Shown piece by piece: positions 20,077-30,311 of a stretch of DNA of 64,000 bases. The translations under genes and the position numbers were made by a program. The DNA lies in contig JBEKXL010000005.1 of NCBI GenBank assembly GCA_049512075.1, positions 32,001 through 96,000 of the forward strand. Reading direction: 5' to 3'. This stretch comes from Candidatus Bathyarchaeia archaeon. GTDB lineage: Archaea > Thermoproteota > Bathyarchaeia > Bathyarchaeales > Bathycorpusculaceae. Under the pieces are notes generated by a model, which was given only the letters and a program-made list of their open reading frames with translations, was not told where the DNA came from and did not search any database. Numbering within the stretch: the stretch's first letter is position 1; every line of letters starts with the position of its first letter.

Positions 20077-21042
20077 ATGCTGAGCGTCAATAAATCAGCT
20101 GCTTCGATTTGTAAGAAGATGCTGGATGAACCTGAGAAACTGAACATCAAATGCACCCGTTTCAAGAGTGGAGCATACTTGATTGACACCGGAAACAAAG
20201 CCACAGGGGGAATACAGGCAGGCTTGTATGTGACCAAGATATGCTTAGGAGGCGTGGGAAACGTATCGTTAACGTCGATGGATTTGGAAGAAATATCACT
20301 TCCAGCTGTAATGGTCTCAACAGATTTTCCGATTCTTTGTCTCCTGTGTCAAGCATCAGGTGGCTACCGAGAGGCGATGGAAGGCTGGATCAACTTCAAC
20401 GTCGGCTCGTACAATGCCATTGCGAGTGGACCGGCAAGAGCGTTGGTTCACGAACCCAAGAAACTGTTTGAAATGATTCCGTACCTGGACTCAGCTGAAG
20501 AAGCGGTGGTAGTCCTTCAATCGGAGCAGTATCCGAATGAGGAGGCTGCTGATTTGCTGGCAGAAAAATGTGGGGTCAACCCGGAGAATCTATATTTGGT
20601 TCTTGCTCCGCTTTCAAGCATGTCTGGACTCATTCAGGTGACCGGAAGGAGCGTTGAAAACGCGATGGTGAAGCTGCACACTCTTGGCTATGATGGGAAC
20701 AGCGTGGAAAACGCGTGCGGAATTGCGCCATTGCCTCCGCTGAAATCGACGCGGATGGTACCGGATGATATGCTTTCGTACGGGAGCATCGTCCACCTTT
20801 ACGTAATGCCTGATGAAGGAAGGGATTTGGAGCAAATCGCCTACAAGATGCCTTCAAGGACGTCAAAGTGTTACGGTCGATCTTTTTCAGATTTGATAAA
20901 GGAACATGGTGGGCTGAGGGGAATAGACCTTGATCTCTTTGCTCCCGCGGAGGTCTATGTTAACGACTTGTCAACTGGCGAACTGTACCACTCTGGCAGC
21001 GTCAACAGCACGTTGATCAAGACCATGGCAGGTCTTGGCTGA
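20077..21042 (+). CDS. Methenyl-H4MPT cyclohydrolase (Mch)-like paralog 1, divergent
   Basis: MLSVN, ICLGG, VSTDFP, ASGPARAL, QVTGRSVE, DLFAPA. Confidence 0.85.
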   Translation: MLSVNKSAASICKKMLDEPEKLNIKCTRFKSGAYLIDTGNKATGGIQAGLYVTKICLGGVGNVSLTSMDLEEISLPAVMVSTDFPILCLLCQASGGYREAMEGWINFNVGSYNAIASGPARALVHEPKKLFEMIPYLDSAEEAVVVLQSEQYPNEEAADLLAEKCGVNPENLYLVLAPLSSMSGLIQVTGRSVENAMVKLHTLGYDGNSVENACGIAPLPPLKSTRMVPDDMLSYGSIVHLYVMPDEGRDLEQIAYKMPSRTSKCYGRSFSDLIKEHGGLRGIDLDLFAPAEVYVNDLSTGELYHSGSVNSTLIKTMAGLG

Positions 21043-21142
21043 ACTGGCCAGGCAACTGACCTTGCAATCGTTGCATATGGGAAGTGAACCGATCTTTTTA
21101 ATACACGACTGTCCAAGAAGGTTTGGGAACGCGATTAAGACT

Positions 21143-22636
21143 ATGCGGTCATCGTCCTGCCTGCTTGGCGTAGACATCGGAACAGAAGGCTGCAAAGCAA
21201 TAGTGTTTAACCTCAGGGGCGAATCTCTCGCGCGATCGTACCAACAGTATTCAATCACGATTCCTCAGTCTTCATGGGCGGAGCAAGACCCTCAACTGTG
21301 GTGGAAGGCTGTAAGAAAAAGCGTGGCAGATGTAGTCAAACAAACTTCCAATCGTCGAGGAGAAATTGCATGCGTCACCGTTTCGGGTCAATCTCCAGTT
21401 TTGGTTCCAGTTGACAGACGCGGCAATGCGTTAATGAATGCCCTCATCTGGATGGACCGGCGTGCGGTTGAGCAGTCCAAGACGATGGCCGAGACTGTTG
21501 GGATCACGGATGACGCTTCTATGAACTTGCCGAAAGCTATTTGGGTTAAAGAAAACAGGCCGCAGATTTTCCAGGAGACCTACAAGTTTCTTCAAACAAC
21601 GGACTTCATCGAATTCAAGTTGACAGGCAACTTTGTCACCGATTGGCTTAACGCAGGCACCTTTCACTTCGATTATCGCAGGCATGAGTGGCCCACTGGC
21701 CTCTTGAACCAGCTTGAAATATCAGTCGAGAAACTCCCAAAGGTTTTGCGCTCTTCAGAAATTGTCGGCACTGTGACTGATGTGGCCGCTCGTGAAACTG
21801 GTCTTAAGAAGGGCACACCAGTGGCGGCGGGTGGAATCGACGCCTATTTAGCCATAATAGGCGCAAACGCATTGACCGTGGGCTCAGCATGTGAGATAAC
21901 AGGAAGCTCCACGTGCCTGATGGTTCCTTCAAGACAGGATGTTCATGATCCTGAGAAGAGAGTGCAGTGTGAAAAGTTTCCACTATTGCCCAATTTCTGG
22001 ATCACATGGGGAACGATGTCTTCAACTGGGGCTTCTCTGAGATGGTTCCGAGACAACGTCGAACCCCAAGCATCCTACCAAGACTTGGACGCCGAAGCTG
22101 AAAAAGCACCCCCAGGATCCGGCGGGCTCATCTTTCTACCTTACCTAATGGGAGAGCGAAGCCCGTTATGGGACCCATACGCCAGAGGGGTCTTCATAGG
22201 CTTATCATTAAATCATTCTCGCAAGCATCTGATAAGGGCCGTGCTTGAAGGGTGCGCGTTCGGCATAAGACACAACTTGCAAATAATCGAGCAGTTGGGT
22301 GCGAAGGTAGATGAGATCAGAAGTTGTGGCGGAGCTGCAAAGAGCAGGTTCTTTGGACAAATCAAGGCTGACGTAACCGGGAAGACAGTGGTTATTCCGC
22401 GGGAAATCGAAGCCTCCGCTCTTGGCGCGGCCATACTCGCATCGGTCGGCGCAGGATTCTATCCAAATCTGAGAAAGGCCGCTGAAAACATGGCGCACAC
22501 AAAATGCAGAATCAACCCTCGAGAAAGCCTCTTTGAGAAATACGACTTCTCGTTCCGAATGTACAAAGACGCCTATCTACATTTGAAAAAGTACTTCAAA
22601 CGCTACTATTCCTCTGGAAACGCAGTTTCGAACTGA
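21143..22636 (+). CDS. FGGY-family carbohydrate kinase (xylulokinase-like)
   Basis: LGVDIGTEGCKA, WAEQDP, WMDRRA, FLPYLMGERSP, GGAAKS, ASALGAA. Confidence 0.9.
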   Translation: MRSSSCLLGVDIGTEGCKAIVFNLRGESLARSYQQYSITIPQSSWAEQDPQLWWKAVRKSVADVVKQTSNRRGEIACVTVSGQSPVLVPVDRRGNALMNALIWMDRRAVEQSKTMAETVGITDDASMNLPKAIWVKENRPQIFQETYKFLQTTDFIEFKLTGNFVTDWLNAGTFHFDYRRHEWPTGLLNQLEISVEKLPKVLRSSEIVGTVTDVAARETGLKKGTPVAAGGIDAYLAIIGANALTVGSACEITGSSTCLMVPSRQDVHDPEKRVQCEKFPLLPNFWITWGTMSSTGASLRWFRDNVEPQASYQDLDAEAEKAPPGSGGLIFLPYLMGERSPLWDPYARGVFIGLSLNHSRKHLIRAVLEGCAFGIRHNLQIIEQLGAKVDEIRSCGGAAKSRFFGQIKADVTGKTVVIPREIEASALGAAILASVGAGFYPNLRKAAENMAHTKCRINPRESLFEKYDFSFRMYKDAYLHLKKYFKRYYSSGNAVSN

Positions 22637-22644
22637 CGGAGGGC

Positions 22645-23640
22645 ATGAACATAAATCCCGAAGGATTCGTTAAAGACCTCGAAAACTCTCAAGAAATTCC
22701 TGACCACATCAAACGGCCGAACATCGTAGTTGTCGGCAGCCTACACATGGACTTGACGATCAAGGCCAAGACAATCCCCCGTCTAGGTGAGACAGTGCTC
22801 GGTGACGAGTTCAAGATGTCCCCCGGAGGAAAAGGGGCGAATCAAGCTGTAGCCGCAGCAAAACTGGGGGGAAACGTCACATTAATCGGCAGAGTCGGAA
22901 CTGAGGCTTTCGGAACTGACCTGATAAGAAATACTGGACAGCACCGGATAAACACGAAGTTTATCGTACAAGACAAAGAAACACAGACAGGGCTAGCGTT
23001 GATAATGGTTGACCAGAACGGCAACAACATTATCGCCGTTGCTCCAGGCGCAGATCTGAGGTGCAGCAAAGAAGACATTGACCACGCTGATTCAGTCATA
23101 AAGTCCGCTGACATTTTTCTCGCACAATTAGAAACACCTTTCCCGGTTGTTCAACACGCTATCCAGAAAGCCTTTCAATTCAGAGTCAAGGTGATTTTGA
23201 ATCCGTCTCCAGCTCACAGACTGCCTGAATCTCTACTCAAGAAAGTGTTCGTACTGACTCCGAATGAAAGTGAGGCAGAGAAACTGAGCGGTATTAACAT
23301 AACGGGTTTAAACTCTGCAAAAGAGGCGATCACAGAAATCTTGAAAAAAGGTACCGAAAACATCGTTCTCACGATGGGAAAAGAAGGAGCCCTAGTCGGA
23401 GCAAAAGGAGAAATAGTCCACGTCAAGAGTCCCAAAGTAAACCCGGTGGACACCACCGGTGCGGGAGACGCTTTCTGTGGCGCGTTGGCAGTGGCGATAT
23501 CTTCAGGAGAAAACTTGGAAAAAGCAGTAGTCTACGCGAACTGTGCAGGAGCTTTGGCCACGACCAAGATAGGAGCTCAAGAAGCCTTGCCCACGCGAGA
23601 AGAACTTGAAAGATTCATGAGAAGAAAGGGTCTCGTCTAA
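22645..23640 (+). CDS. rbsK: Ribokinase
   Basis: VVVGSLHMDL, GGKGANQAVAAAKLG, QLETP, PNESE, DTTGAGDAF. Confidence 0.9.
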   Translation: MNINPEGFVKDLENSQEIPDHIKRPNIVVVGSLHMDLTIKAKTIPRLGETVLGDEFKMSPGGKGANQAVAAAKLGGNVTLIGRVGTEAFGTDLIRNTGQHRINTKFIVQDKETQTGLALIMVDQNGNNIIAVAPGADLRCSKEDIDHADSVIKSADIFLAQLETPFPVVQHAIQKAFQFRVKVILNPSPAHRLPESLLKKVFVLTPNESEAEKLSGINITGLNSAKEAITEILKKGTENIVLTMGKEGALVGAKGEIVHVKSPKVNPVDTTGAGDAFCGALAVAISSGENLEKAVVYANCAGALATTKIGAQEALPTREELERFMRRKGLV

Positions 23641-23753
23641 GCTGTCGATTTTGCGCCCTTTTTGCGCCAGAAACCCCGATTCGACGACCACGGCGTGCCG
23701 CCTAACAGGATATATACCTTCATGTTTATTGTTATGCGCGAGAGGCAAGGGAC

Positions 23754-24782
23754 TTGAAGACAGCGGTATACTATGGGCCTCGAGATGTGAGAATTGAAGA
23801 AAAAGAAGTCCCAGAAATCGGTGACAAAGAATTATTGGTTAAGGTCCATGTTTGCGGCGTCTGTGGGACAGATGTTAAAACGGTCCTGAGAGGGCATCCT
23901 CTGATTAAACCTCCAGCGGTTCTTGGGCACGAAATTGCAGGCGATATCATCAGGATAGGAAAAGATGTCACGGAGCACAGAATAGGCGAGCGCGTCGTCG
24001 TCGCCCCGTATGTTCCGGACGGCACATGCTACTACTGCCTGCGTGGGCGATACACGTTGTGCACTGGGCTTTATGAAGAATCACCTACACCGGGCGGGTT
24101 TGCTGAATTCGTAAAGGTGCCGCCTAACATTGTGAAGAAAGGAACGCTTGAAATTCCGAACACAGTTTCATACGAGGAAGCGGCTCTCACCGAGCCTTTG
24201 GCGTGTTGTCTTCACGGAATCGAAGAATGCCACGTTGGTGTAGGCGACTGCGTTGCGATCGTCGGCGACGGCCCAATAGGCCTGATGCATTTGCAGCTGG
24301 CAAAAGTCAAGGGAGCGACGAAGATAATCCTGAGCGGGCAGCTGAATGACCGATTAACGTTGGCGGAGGAACTTGGCGCAAGCGTGACGGTCAACGAAAC
24401 CGAGGAAAACCCTGTCAAAAAGGTTATGGACGAAACGAACAACCGAGGGGGGGATGTGGTCATTGTTGCTGTAGGCAGTGTGGCAGCGGTGGACCAAGGC
24501 CTGAAACTGGTCAGAAAGGGAGGGATAGTGAATCTCTTCGGTGGATTTCCTGGCCAGTCAGAACTCAAGCTTGACCCCAACTTAATTCATTATTCGGAAG
24601 TCACAGTAACAGGAACCTTCGGGTTCTCACACATCAATTTTGCTAGGGCTCTTCAACTGATAAGCACAAGAAGCGTTAAAATGAATAAGCTAATAACACA
24701 CAGGTTCAAACTCGATGAAGTCCTGACAGCCATAGACGTGTTAGCAGATCGCAAAGGGCTTAAAGCCGTTGTGACAATTTAG
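23754..24782 (+). CDS. Zn-dependent (polyol/sugar-alcohol) dehydrogenase, MDR family
   Basis: CGVCGTD, GHE, CYYC..C, EPLAC, GDGPIG. Confidence 0.88.
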   Translation: MKTAVYYGPRDVRIEEKEVPEIGDKELLVKVHVCGVCGTDVKTVLRGHPLIKPPAVLGHEIAGDIIRIGKDVTEHRIGERVVVAPYVPDGTCYYCLRGRYTLCTGLYEESPTPGGFAEFVKVPPNIVKKGTLEIPNTVSYEEAALTEPLACCLHGIEECHVGVGDCVAIVGDGPIGLMHLQLAKVKGATKIILSGQLNDRLTLAEELGASVTVNETEENPVKKVMDETNNRGGDVVIVAVGSVAAVDQGLKLVRKGGIVNLFGGFPGQSELKLDPNLIHYSEVTVTGTFGFSHINFARALQLISTRSVKMNKLITHRFKLDEVLTAIDVLADRKGLKAVVTI

Positions 24783-24786
24783 CTCA

Positions 24787-25596
24787 ATGAAAAAAGAAGG
24801 GAATAACGTGTCTCAAGTTGGCAAAATCCTTCGAATGGGCCGAATATTCGATGAGAAAACCAACAGAACGCTTATTGTAGCTATGGACCACGGCCTGTTC
24901 ATGGGGCCCGTGAAGGGGCTGGAAAAACCCCTCGAAGTCGCCAGAAAAGCGTTGAAAAGTGGTGCAAACGCTCTGGTAGTCACCCCCGGTGTATGCCGTT
25001 TGATCGCTGGAGAAGTAAGAGGCAAGGCCGGAATCATACTTCGAATTGACGGGGCAACCACGGCGTATGGGCCTGATTTTTTTGACGTCCGCAGAATTGC
25101 CAGCGTCAAAGACGCTGCAAGAATGGGTGCAGATGCCGTTATCGCCATGGGATACATGGGAACTCTGAAAGAGAATGAAACCCTGGCAAACCTCAGTCTC
25201 ATCGCCCGTGAATGCGAAGAATTCGGCGTGCCACTCGTGGCAGAGATGATCCCCGTTCAATGTGAAAAAATCAAAGATCCGTACGACGCCGAAATCGTCA
25301 GTCTCGCGGCCCGCGTGGGGGCTGAAATCGGAGCGGACTTGATCAAGACTCACTACACTGGAACTGAAGGCACCTTCAGAGAAGTTGTCAAGGGTTGTCC
25401 GGTGCCCATAGTCATCGCTGGGGGCCCAAAGATGAAAACCGCAGAACAAGCGCTGAAAGTGGCGAAGGAGGCCGTCAACGCGGGAGCAGTCGGAGTGGCT
25501 TTCGGGCGCAACGTGTGGCAGCATGAGAACCCAGAGGCTATGACAAAAGCGATAGCCAAGGTTGTGCATGGAAAAGCTCGATCCAAGAGGCTCTGA
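24787..25596 (+). CDS. DhnA/LsrF-type class I aldolase
   Basis: AMDHG, ARVGAEIGADLIKTHY, IAGGPK, FGRNVWQ. Confidence 0.88.
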   Translation: MKKEGNNVSQVGKILRMGRIFDEKTNRTLIVAMDHGLFMGPVKGLEKPLEVARKALKSGANALVVTPGVCRLIAGEVRGKAGIILRIDGATTAYGPDFFDVRRIASVKDAARMGADAVIAMGYMGTLKENETLANLSLIARECEEFGVPLVAEMIPVQCEKIKDPYDAEIVSLAARVGAEIGADLIKTHYTGTEGTFREVVKGCPVPIVIAGGPKMKTAEQALKVAKEAVNAGAVGVAFGRNVWQHENPEAMTKAIAKVVHGKARSKRL

Positions 25597-25676
25597 AAGG
25601 GTTTGTAGAAAGAACAGCAGAGTGCCAGGTCGTCTCGGAGCGGGAAGCCAGTCTTGCAAGTCCGTGCGCTCGCTTT

Positions 25677-27161
25677 CTATTTTATGGGTTTTTCGGCTAG
25701 GCAGTATTTGCATCTGCTCGGCATCAGTTTTGCTGAAGGACATTGTTTGCAGTAGAAGAATGGAAGGTAAGGCTTTTGCGGTTCCAAGGCGATGAGTTCA
25801 GTGCCGTACAGGCATATCATGGGATCACTGTACAGGTGAAAAGGGTCGTCTGCAAACCGAAGCAATCCACTGAAACGTGCCGTGATGGGACATTCTGGCC
25901 ATGAGTATCTCTGCGGATTCTTCAAGACTTCATTGTCATCTATGGGCTGAAGGTCGATTTTGACGCCGTGAATTTGACCGCCCAGACCAGTCGGAGGCTT
26001 CTCAATCAAGTGTTCTCCCTGAGATAGGAAGCTGACGAATTCATCGTTCATGCATTCATACTCGAACTTTTTAGGATTTTCGAGAAGTAGGTTGAAGTAT
26101 CTTCTCATGAACAGGTCGTTCACCATTTCCGACGTGAACCCGTCAAGCCGCATTATGTGTGCAGCTCCGGCGGCTGTTACCTCCCACGTTGGTATTTCTG
26201 AAGGGTTGCCGAGCTTTCCGTTCTTTTCCGCTCTTTTGATTGTGCTTTCATAGGCTTCTGTCAGGCTCTCAAGGATGGCCATTTCAATGTCGCCCTTGCA
26301 TAGGTTGTAAGTGGTTTGAGAGACGTGGTGGAAGTCTCCGGCAGCCCAGAATGGAATCAAGCTGAGGTTTGCGTAGTGTACGCCTGCCTCAGCAGCCTTA
26401 ACGGTTGCATCGAAAATTCGGTCCTTAAACATCGTCATGCATTTCTCGTAGTCGAAGGATTTTTGTCCCGTTTCTTTCATTAGCTGAACTTGCGTTGCGA
26501 TTGGGTTTAGCCACATTTCTTTCATTCTTTCTTTCTCAGCCTCAGCCGCTTTGTGGACATCGTTGGTGTCCGCTAGTACGGTGAGAAACTTTGAACCGAA
26601 CATTACGCTGTAACTGGTGTTGCGTGCCGCCGATACCGCGTTGATGAAAGCCCATTTGTACTCAGTTTTCATCGGAAGGTTGTCAATGATTCTTCTGAGC
26701 AGGTTTGAGAATGAGCCGGGAGTGGCCACATAATCTGCAATCCACGACGGCCCATAGCGACCGCAAAACCGGGCCAGAACTTCCTCCGTGATCAAGTCGG
26801 TGGACTTGTCAACAGCTTCGGCGACCTTTAAGGAGGCGCGCTTGAAATCTCGGTCGAACTCGTACAGGATTTCAAAAACCGCCGTCGTCTGATAGTGTTC
26901 CAGCCAAGGCTCATCTTCAGGACGCACATAGTCCGTGAGGCTGCTGATAACATCGTACGCGGCCTTCGCTGAAACCGAATAGAGGTCAAAAACGTCCTTC
27001 GACTGTTTCCCGCAGGGGACAAAGCGCTCCTTCGCATGAAGCATCGGCTGCCAATCACTTACCTTAAACCGTCCACCACGCTCCTTTTTGACTGTGTCCA
27101 CCCATGCCTTCTGGATGCTCAAGATTTCATCCGCGATTTTTTCAGCCAATTTACCTCTCAT
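25677..27161 (-). CDS. DUF2193-family protein (divergent), C-terminal Cys cluster
   Basis: SLTDYVRPEDEPWLEHYQT, AAEAGVHYANL, NEVLKNPQRYSWPECPITARFS, CKQC...CKYC; family recalled from memory. Confidence 0.75.
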   Translation of the reverse strand: MRGKLAEKIADEILSIQKAWVDTVKKERGGRFKVSDWQPMLHAKERFVPCGKQSKDVFDLYSVSAKAAYDVISSLTDYVRPEDEPWLEHYQTTAVFEILYEFDRDFKRASLKVAEAVDKSTDLITEEVLARFCGRYGPSWIADYVATPGSFSNLLRRIIDNLPMKTEYKWAFINAVSAARNTSYSVMFGSKFLTVLADTNDVHKAAEAEKERMKEMWLNPIATQVQLMKETGQKSFDYEKCMTMFKDRIFDATVKAAEAGVHYANLSLIPFWAAGDFHHVSQTTYNLCKGDIEMAILESLTEAYESTIKRAEKNGKLGNPSEIPTWEVTAAGAAHIMRLDGFTSEMVNDLFMRRYFNLLLENPKKFEYECMNDEFVSFLSQGEHLIEKPPTGLGGQIHGVKIDLQPIDDNEVLKNPQRYSWPECPITARFSGLLRFADDPFHLYSDPMICLYGTELIALEPQKPYLPFFYCKQCPSAKLMPSRCKYCLAEKPIK

Positions 27162-27335
27162 AGGCGAACCTCGTTTCAAACTCAGCCCTCTATCTACACG
27201 CGCGTCTTCACGCGTGTTTGAATTGCGTCTGTGATCCTTCATAAATATTGTCATACATCAAACACACTCTTCCGATAGGCTCAGAACGGCATTCTCTGAG
27301 TTGAAAAAGTATTATTAGTGACTCATTAACCTTGG

Positions 27336-28127
27336 ATGAGGCTGGAGGGATTCTCGGTGCGTCAAGGAGAACTAAGGGGCAGCGTGGCCTTGGTTACCGG
27401 AGCTGGGTCTGGGATTGGACGTGCCATTGCTGTTCTTTTCGCTTGTGAAGCTGCGAAAGTGGCTGTTGCTGATGTGAGTGAAGGTGACGGAAAGAATACA
27501 GTCGAGCTCATCAAGAAAGAGGGTGGGGACGCGATTTTTGTCCAAGGAGACGTATCCAAGTCTACTAGTGTCAAGAGAATGGTCGAAGCAACTGTTGAAA
27601 AATACGGGAAGCTTAACGTACTCGTTAACAATGCGGGAGTCGAATCCACAGGCTCTGTCGTGGAGGTTACGGAGGAGAACTGGGACAAGGTCATCGATAT
27701 CAACTTGAAAGGCACTTTTCTCTGCTCAAAGTACTGCGCGCCAAGAATAATTGAAAGTGGGGGCGGTGCGATTATCAACATTGCCTCAGTGCTGGGTCTG
27801 GTAGGTTCTAAAGGTGAAGCTGCTTATTGCGCCTCAAAGGGGGGCATGATATCGCTTACGAGAGCCATGGCATTGGATTTCGCTTCCGAGAATGTCCGTG
27901 TGAACTGCATCTGTCCAGGCTCTGTCCTCACTCCGACGTTTAAACGAGTGATGATTGCTTCAGGAGACTATGACATCGCATTTGCCCGAAACCTGGAAAA
28001 GATACCGCTTAGACGCGTCGCAGCTCCTGAAGAAATCGCCCAAGCAGCACTGTTCTTGGCGTCGGAGAAATCTTCCTATATGACTGGAGCCGCCTTGGTA
28101 ATGGATGGCGGGTGGTCAACATCTTAG
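27336..28127 (+). CDS. Short-chain dehydrogenase/reductase
   Basis: TGAGSGIG, NNAG, YCASK, ICPG. Confidence 0.92.
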   Translation: MRLEGFSVRQGELRGSVALVTGAGSGIGRAIAVLFACEAAKVAVADVSEGDGKNTVELIKKEGGDAIFVQGDVSKSTSVKRMVEATVEKYGKLNVLVNNAGVESTGSVVEVTEENWDKVIDINLKGTFLCSKYCAPRIIESGGGAIINIASVLGLVGSKGEAAYCASKGGMISLTRAMALDFASENVRVNCICPGSVLTPTFKRVMIASGDYDIAFARNLEKIPLRRVAAPEEIAQAALFLASEKSSYMTGAALVMDGGWSTS

Positions 28128-28144
28128 GCAAAAGGTGAAGTCAC

Positions 28145-29239
28145 TTAGAAAATGGTTTTCTCAGTCGCTTTGTCAAAAATGTGAATACGCTGGTCGTTAA
28201 ACTTCACAAAGACTTTTTCTCCTTCTTCGAATCTGAAGAGAGGATCAACTTTTGCTGTGATTATGGATGACCCGATTTCTAGGCTTGCGTATCCGGTGTC
28301 TCCGAAATGTTGGAAAAGCCAGACTTTGGCTTCAACTGCGCCTTTGGACTGTTCTTTGTTCACGTAAACGTGTTCGGGTCTGATGCCCATCACTGCGTCG
28401 CGCTCAGTGAACTTTTTCTCTTTCATTGAGTCTCTGCTGCTTTCAGAGATTTCCATTTGGAACGCGCCAGTTTCCACGTATGGCTCACCGTTCTTTTCCA
28501 ATAAGTGGCAATCAACGAAATTCATGACTGGTATGCCCACGAACGTAGCGACGAACTTGTTGATTGGGTGATCGTAAATGTTCAGCGGCTTGTCAATTTG
28601 ATGCAGCAAACCGTCCTTCATAACGGCTATTCTGTCAGCAAGCACCATTGCTTCAGCCTGGTCATGAGTGACATAAACCGTGGTCGTTTTCAGCCTTTCG
28701 TGCAGCTTCTTCAATTCGCCTCTCATCTTGATTCTCAGGATCGCGTCTATGTTTGAAAGTGGCTCGTCCAAAAGGTAGATGGAAGGCTTCCTGATTGCCG
28801 CCCTGGCTAAAGCGACACGTTGTCTTTGTCCTCCGCTGAGTTGGCCAGGCCTGCGTTCCATGAGGTCACCAATCTGAAGTAGATCCGCCGTTTCCTGGGC
28901 TCTCTTCTTAATCTCTTCTTTCGGAACATTTGTGACTTGGAGGCATAGAGTGATGTTGTCATAAACTGACATGTGTGGATAAAGAGCATAGTCCTGGAAA
29001 ACCATGGCAACTTTTCGTTCCTTCGGTTCAAGGTCAGTCACCCGTTTTTCATCAAAGAAGATGTCTCCGCTCGTCGGTTGCTCTAGTCCTGCAATCATCC
29101 TGAGGGTCGTTGTTTTACCGCATCCAGAAGGTCCAAGCAGAACAAGGAACTCGCCGTCCTCTATCTCAAGGTTCAACTCGTCGACAGCCTTCACTTTCTT
29201 GAAGTGTTTGCAGAGATCCTTAAGGGTTATTTTTACCAA
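28145..29239 (-). CDS. Sugar ABC transporter ATPase (MalK-like)
   Basis: GPSGCGKTT, FQDYALYPHM, LSGGQRQR, DEPLSN, TOBE tail. Confidence 0.95.
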   Translation of the reverse strand: MVKITLKDLCKHFKKVKAVDELNLEIEDGEFLVLLGPSGCGKTTTLRMIAGLEQPTSGDIFFDEKRVTDLEPKERKVAMVFQDYALYPHMSVYDNITLCLQVTNVPKEEIKKRAQETADLLQIGDLMERRPGQLSGGQRQRVALARAAIRKPSIYLLDEPLSNIDAILRIKMRGELKKLHERLKTTTVYVTHDQAEAMVLADRIAVMKDGLLHQIDKPLNIYDHPINKFVATFVGIPVMNFVDCHLLEKNGEPYVETGAFQMEISESSRDSMKEKKFTERDAVMGIRPEHVYVNKEQSKGAVEAKVWLFQHFGDTGYASLEIGSSIITAKVDPLFRFEEGEKVFVKFNDQRIHIFDKATEKTIF

Positions 29240-29293
29240 CTATTTTCACACGTTGTTTAGCTTTTGTTGGTAACCATGATTCTTTTCTGTTTC

Positions 29294-30301
29294 TTAAGGT
29301 TTGCCCATGACATTGTGAACCCGCGGATTCTGTGCTTTGCTCAGTCTGAGGCATTTTCTTATCGTTAAGGGATTCACTTTGCCGGCCTCACATATTTCCC
29401 CTGTCTTCAGGTTGTTTATCATAACCTGGGCTGGTCGAAAGATACCGGGGTAGCCGGGGATTTTCCTGAAATCGTTTTTTGCATGTTTCAGCAATTCTGA
29501 AAAGGTTTTTCCATAGATAGGGGTGGACTCAAACACTAGTTCCTTCGCAAGTCTGTGTATGTCTTCATTGTCTGGCTCTATGGTCATGTACACTGTTCCA
29601 CCATAGCAAAGGAAATCATCTGGAAACGTCTTCATCTCGTCCGATGGACAGACGGGAACTATCGGAGCTGTTCCAACCATTTGTCTGACTTTTCTCACAT
29701 CATAGTGGAGAATTTCCCACATTGTGAATGTAACATCCTCTATTGCTCGGCCTGCAATCTGGGTCGCGCCTGCGATGCTTCGTAGGGGAGTAATGAGCAT
29801 GAACAAGGACGCAGGATCAATATTGCATTCCACAGCGATTCTTTTGGACAACTGCACGGAAGGCAGGTCGTCCATTTGAAGTACTATCACGCCGACCCTG
29901 GAATCGTCATTAACATCCAGCATGTCAAAGAGTTCCTTAGGCTTCTGCGCCAGAACTCTTGCAGGACCAGAGGCAATTGAGGTTGTTTCTTTCTGTTTAA
30001 GCAAGGGATAGCCCGCTTGGACGCCCAAAGTAGCAATAGCAGGCGAGTCTGTCATTACTGTTGCTGCGGGGAGTATCAGGTCTCCGAGTTGTACCATGGT
30101 CAACGATGCCTTGCCAAGTCCACCGAGACAGATCTCGATGATCAGCCTGCCAACTTCAAACCCTCCTCGTGCATGGACTCCACAATCCAATATGGTGGCT
30201 CCACTGTCCGACATTGTGACTACTACACCGAACTTCTCGGGGCACTCCAGAATTCCGTTAACTATCCTGAAAGAAATTTCATTCACTTTTATTCTAGGCA
30301 T
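29294..30301 (-). CDS. Mch-like paralog 2, divergent
   Basis: ILDCGV, ICLGGLG, TDSPAIA, ASGPARVLA, SIAGATQIAGRAIE, YGG. Confidence 0.85.
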   Translation of the reverse strand: MPRIKVNEISFRIVNGILECPEKFGVVVTMSDSGATILDCGVHARGGFEVGRLIIEICLGGLGKASLTMVQLGDLILPAATVMTDSPAIATLGVQAGYPLLKQKETTSIASGPARVLAQKPKELFDMLDVNDDSRVGVIVLQMDDLPSVQLSKRIAVECNIDPASLFMLITPLRSIAGATQIAGRAIEDVTFTMWEILHYDVRKVRQMVGTAPIVPVCPSDEMKTFPDDFLCYGGTVYMTIEPDNEDIHRLAKELVFESTPIYGKTFSELLKHAKNDFRKIPGYPGIFRPAQVMINNLKTGEICEAGKVNPLTIRKCLRLSKAQNPRVHNVMGKP

Positions 30302-30311
30302 GTTGAATTCA

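Noticed and set aside
24784-25743. 319-aa minus-strand ORF
   Set aside because: Fully antisense to the well-supported class I aldolase and has no motifs.
12487-27255. Shared TATGACAAT motif (minus strand) at about 12490 and 27247
   Set aside because: Lies immediately upstream of TATA-like boxes in both cases, so most simply BRE/core promoter sequence.
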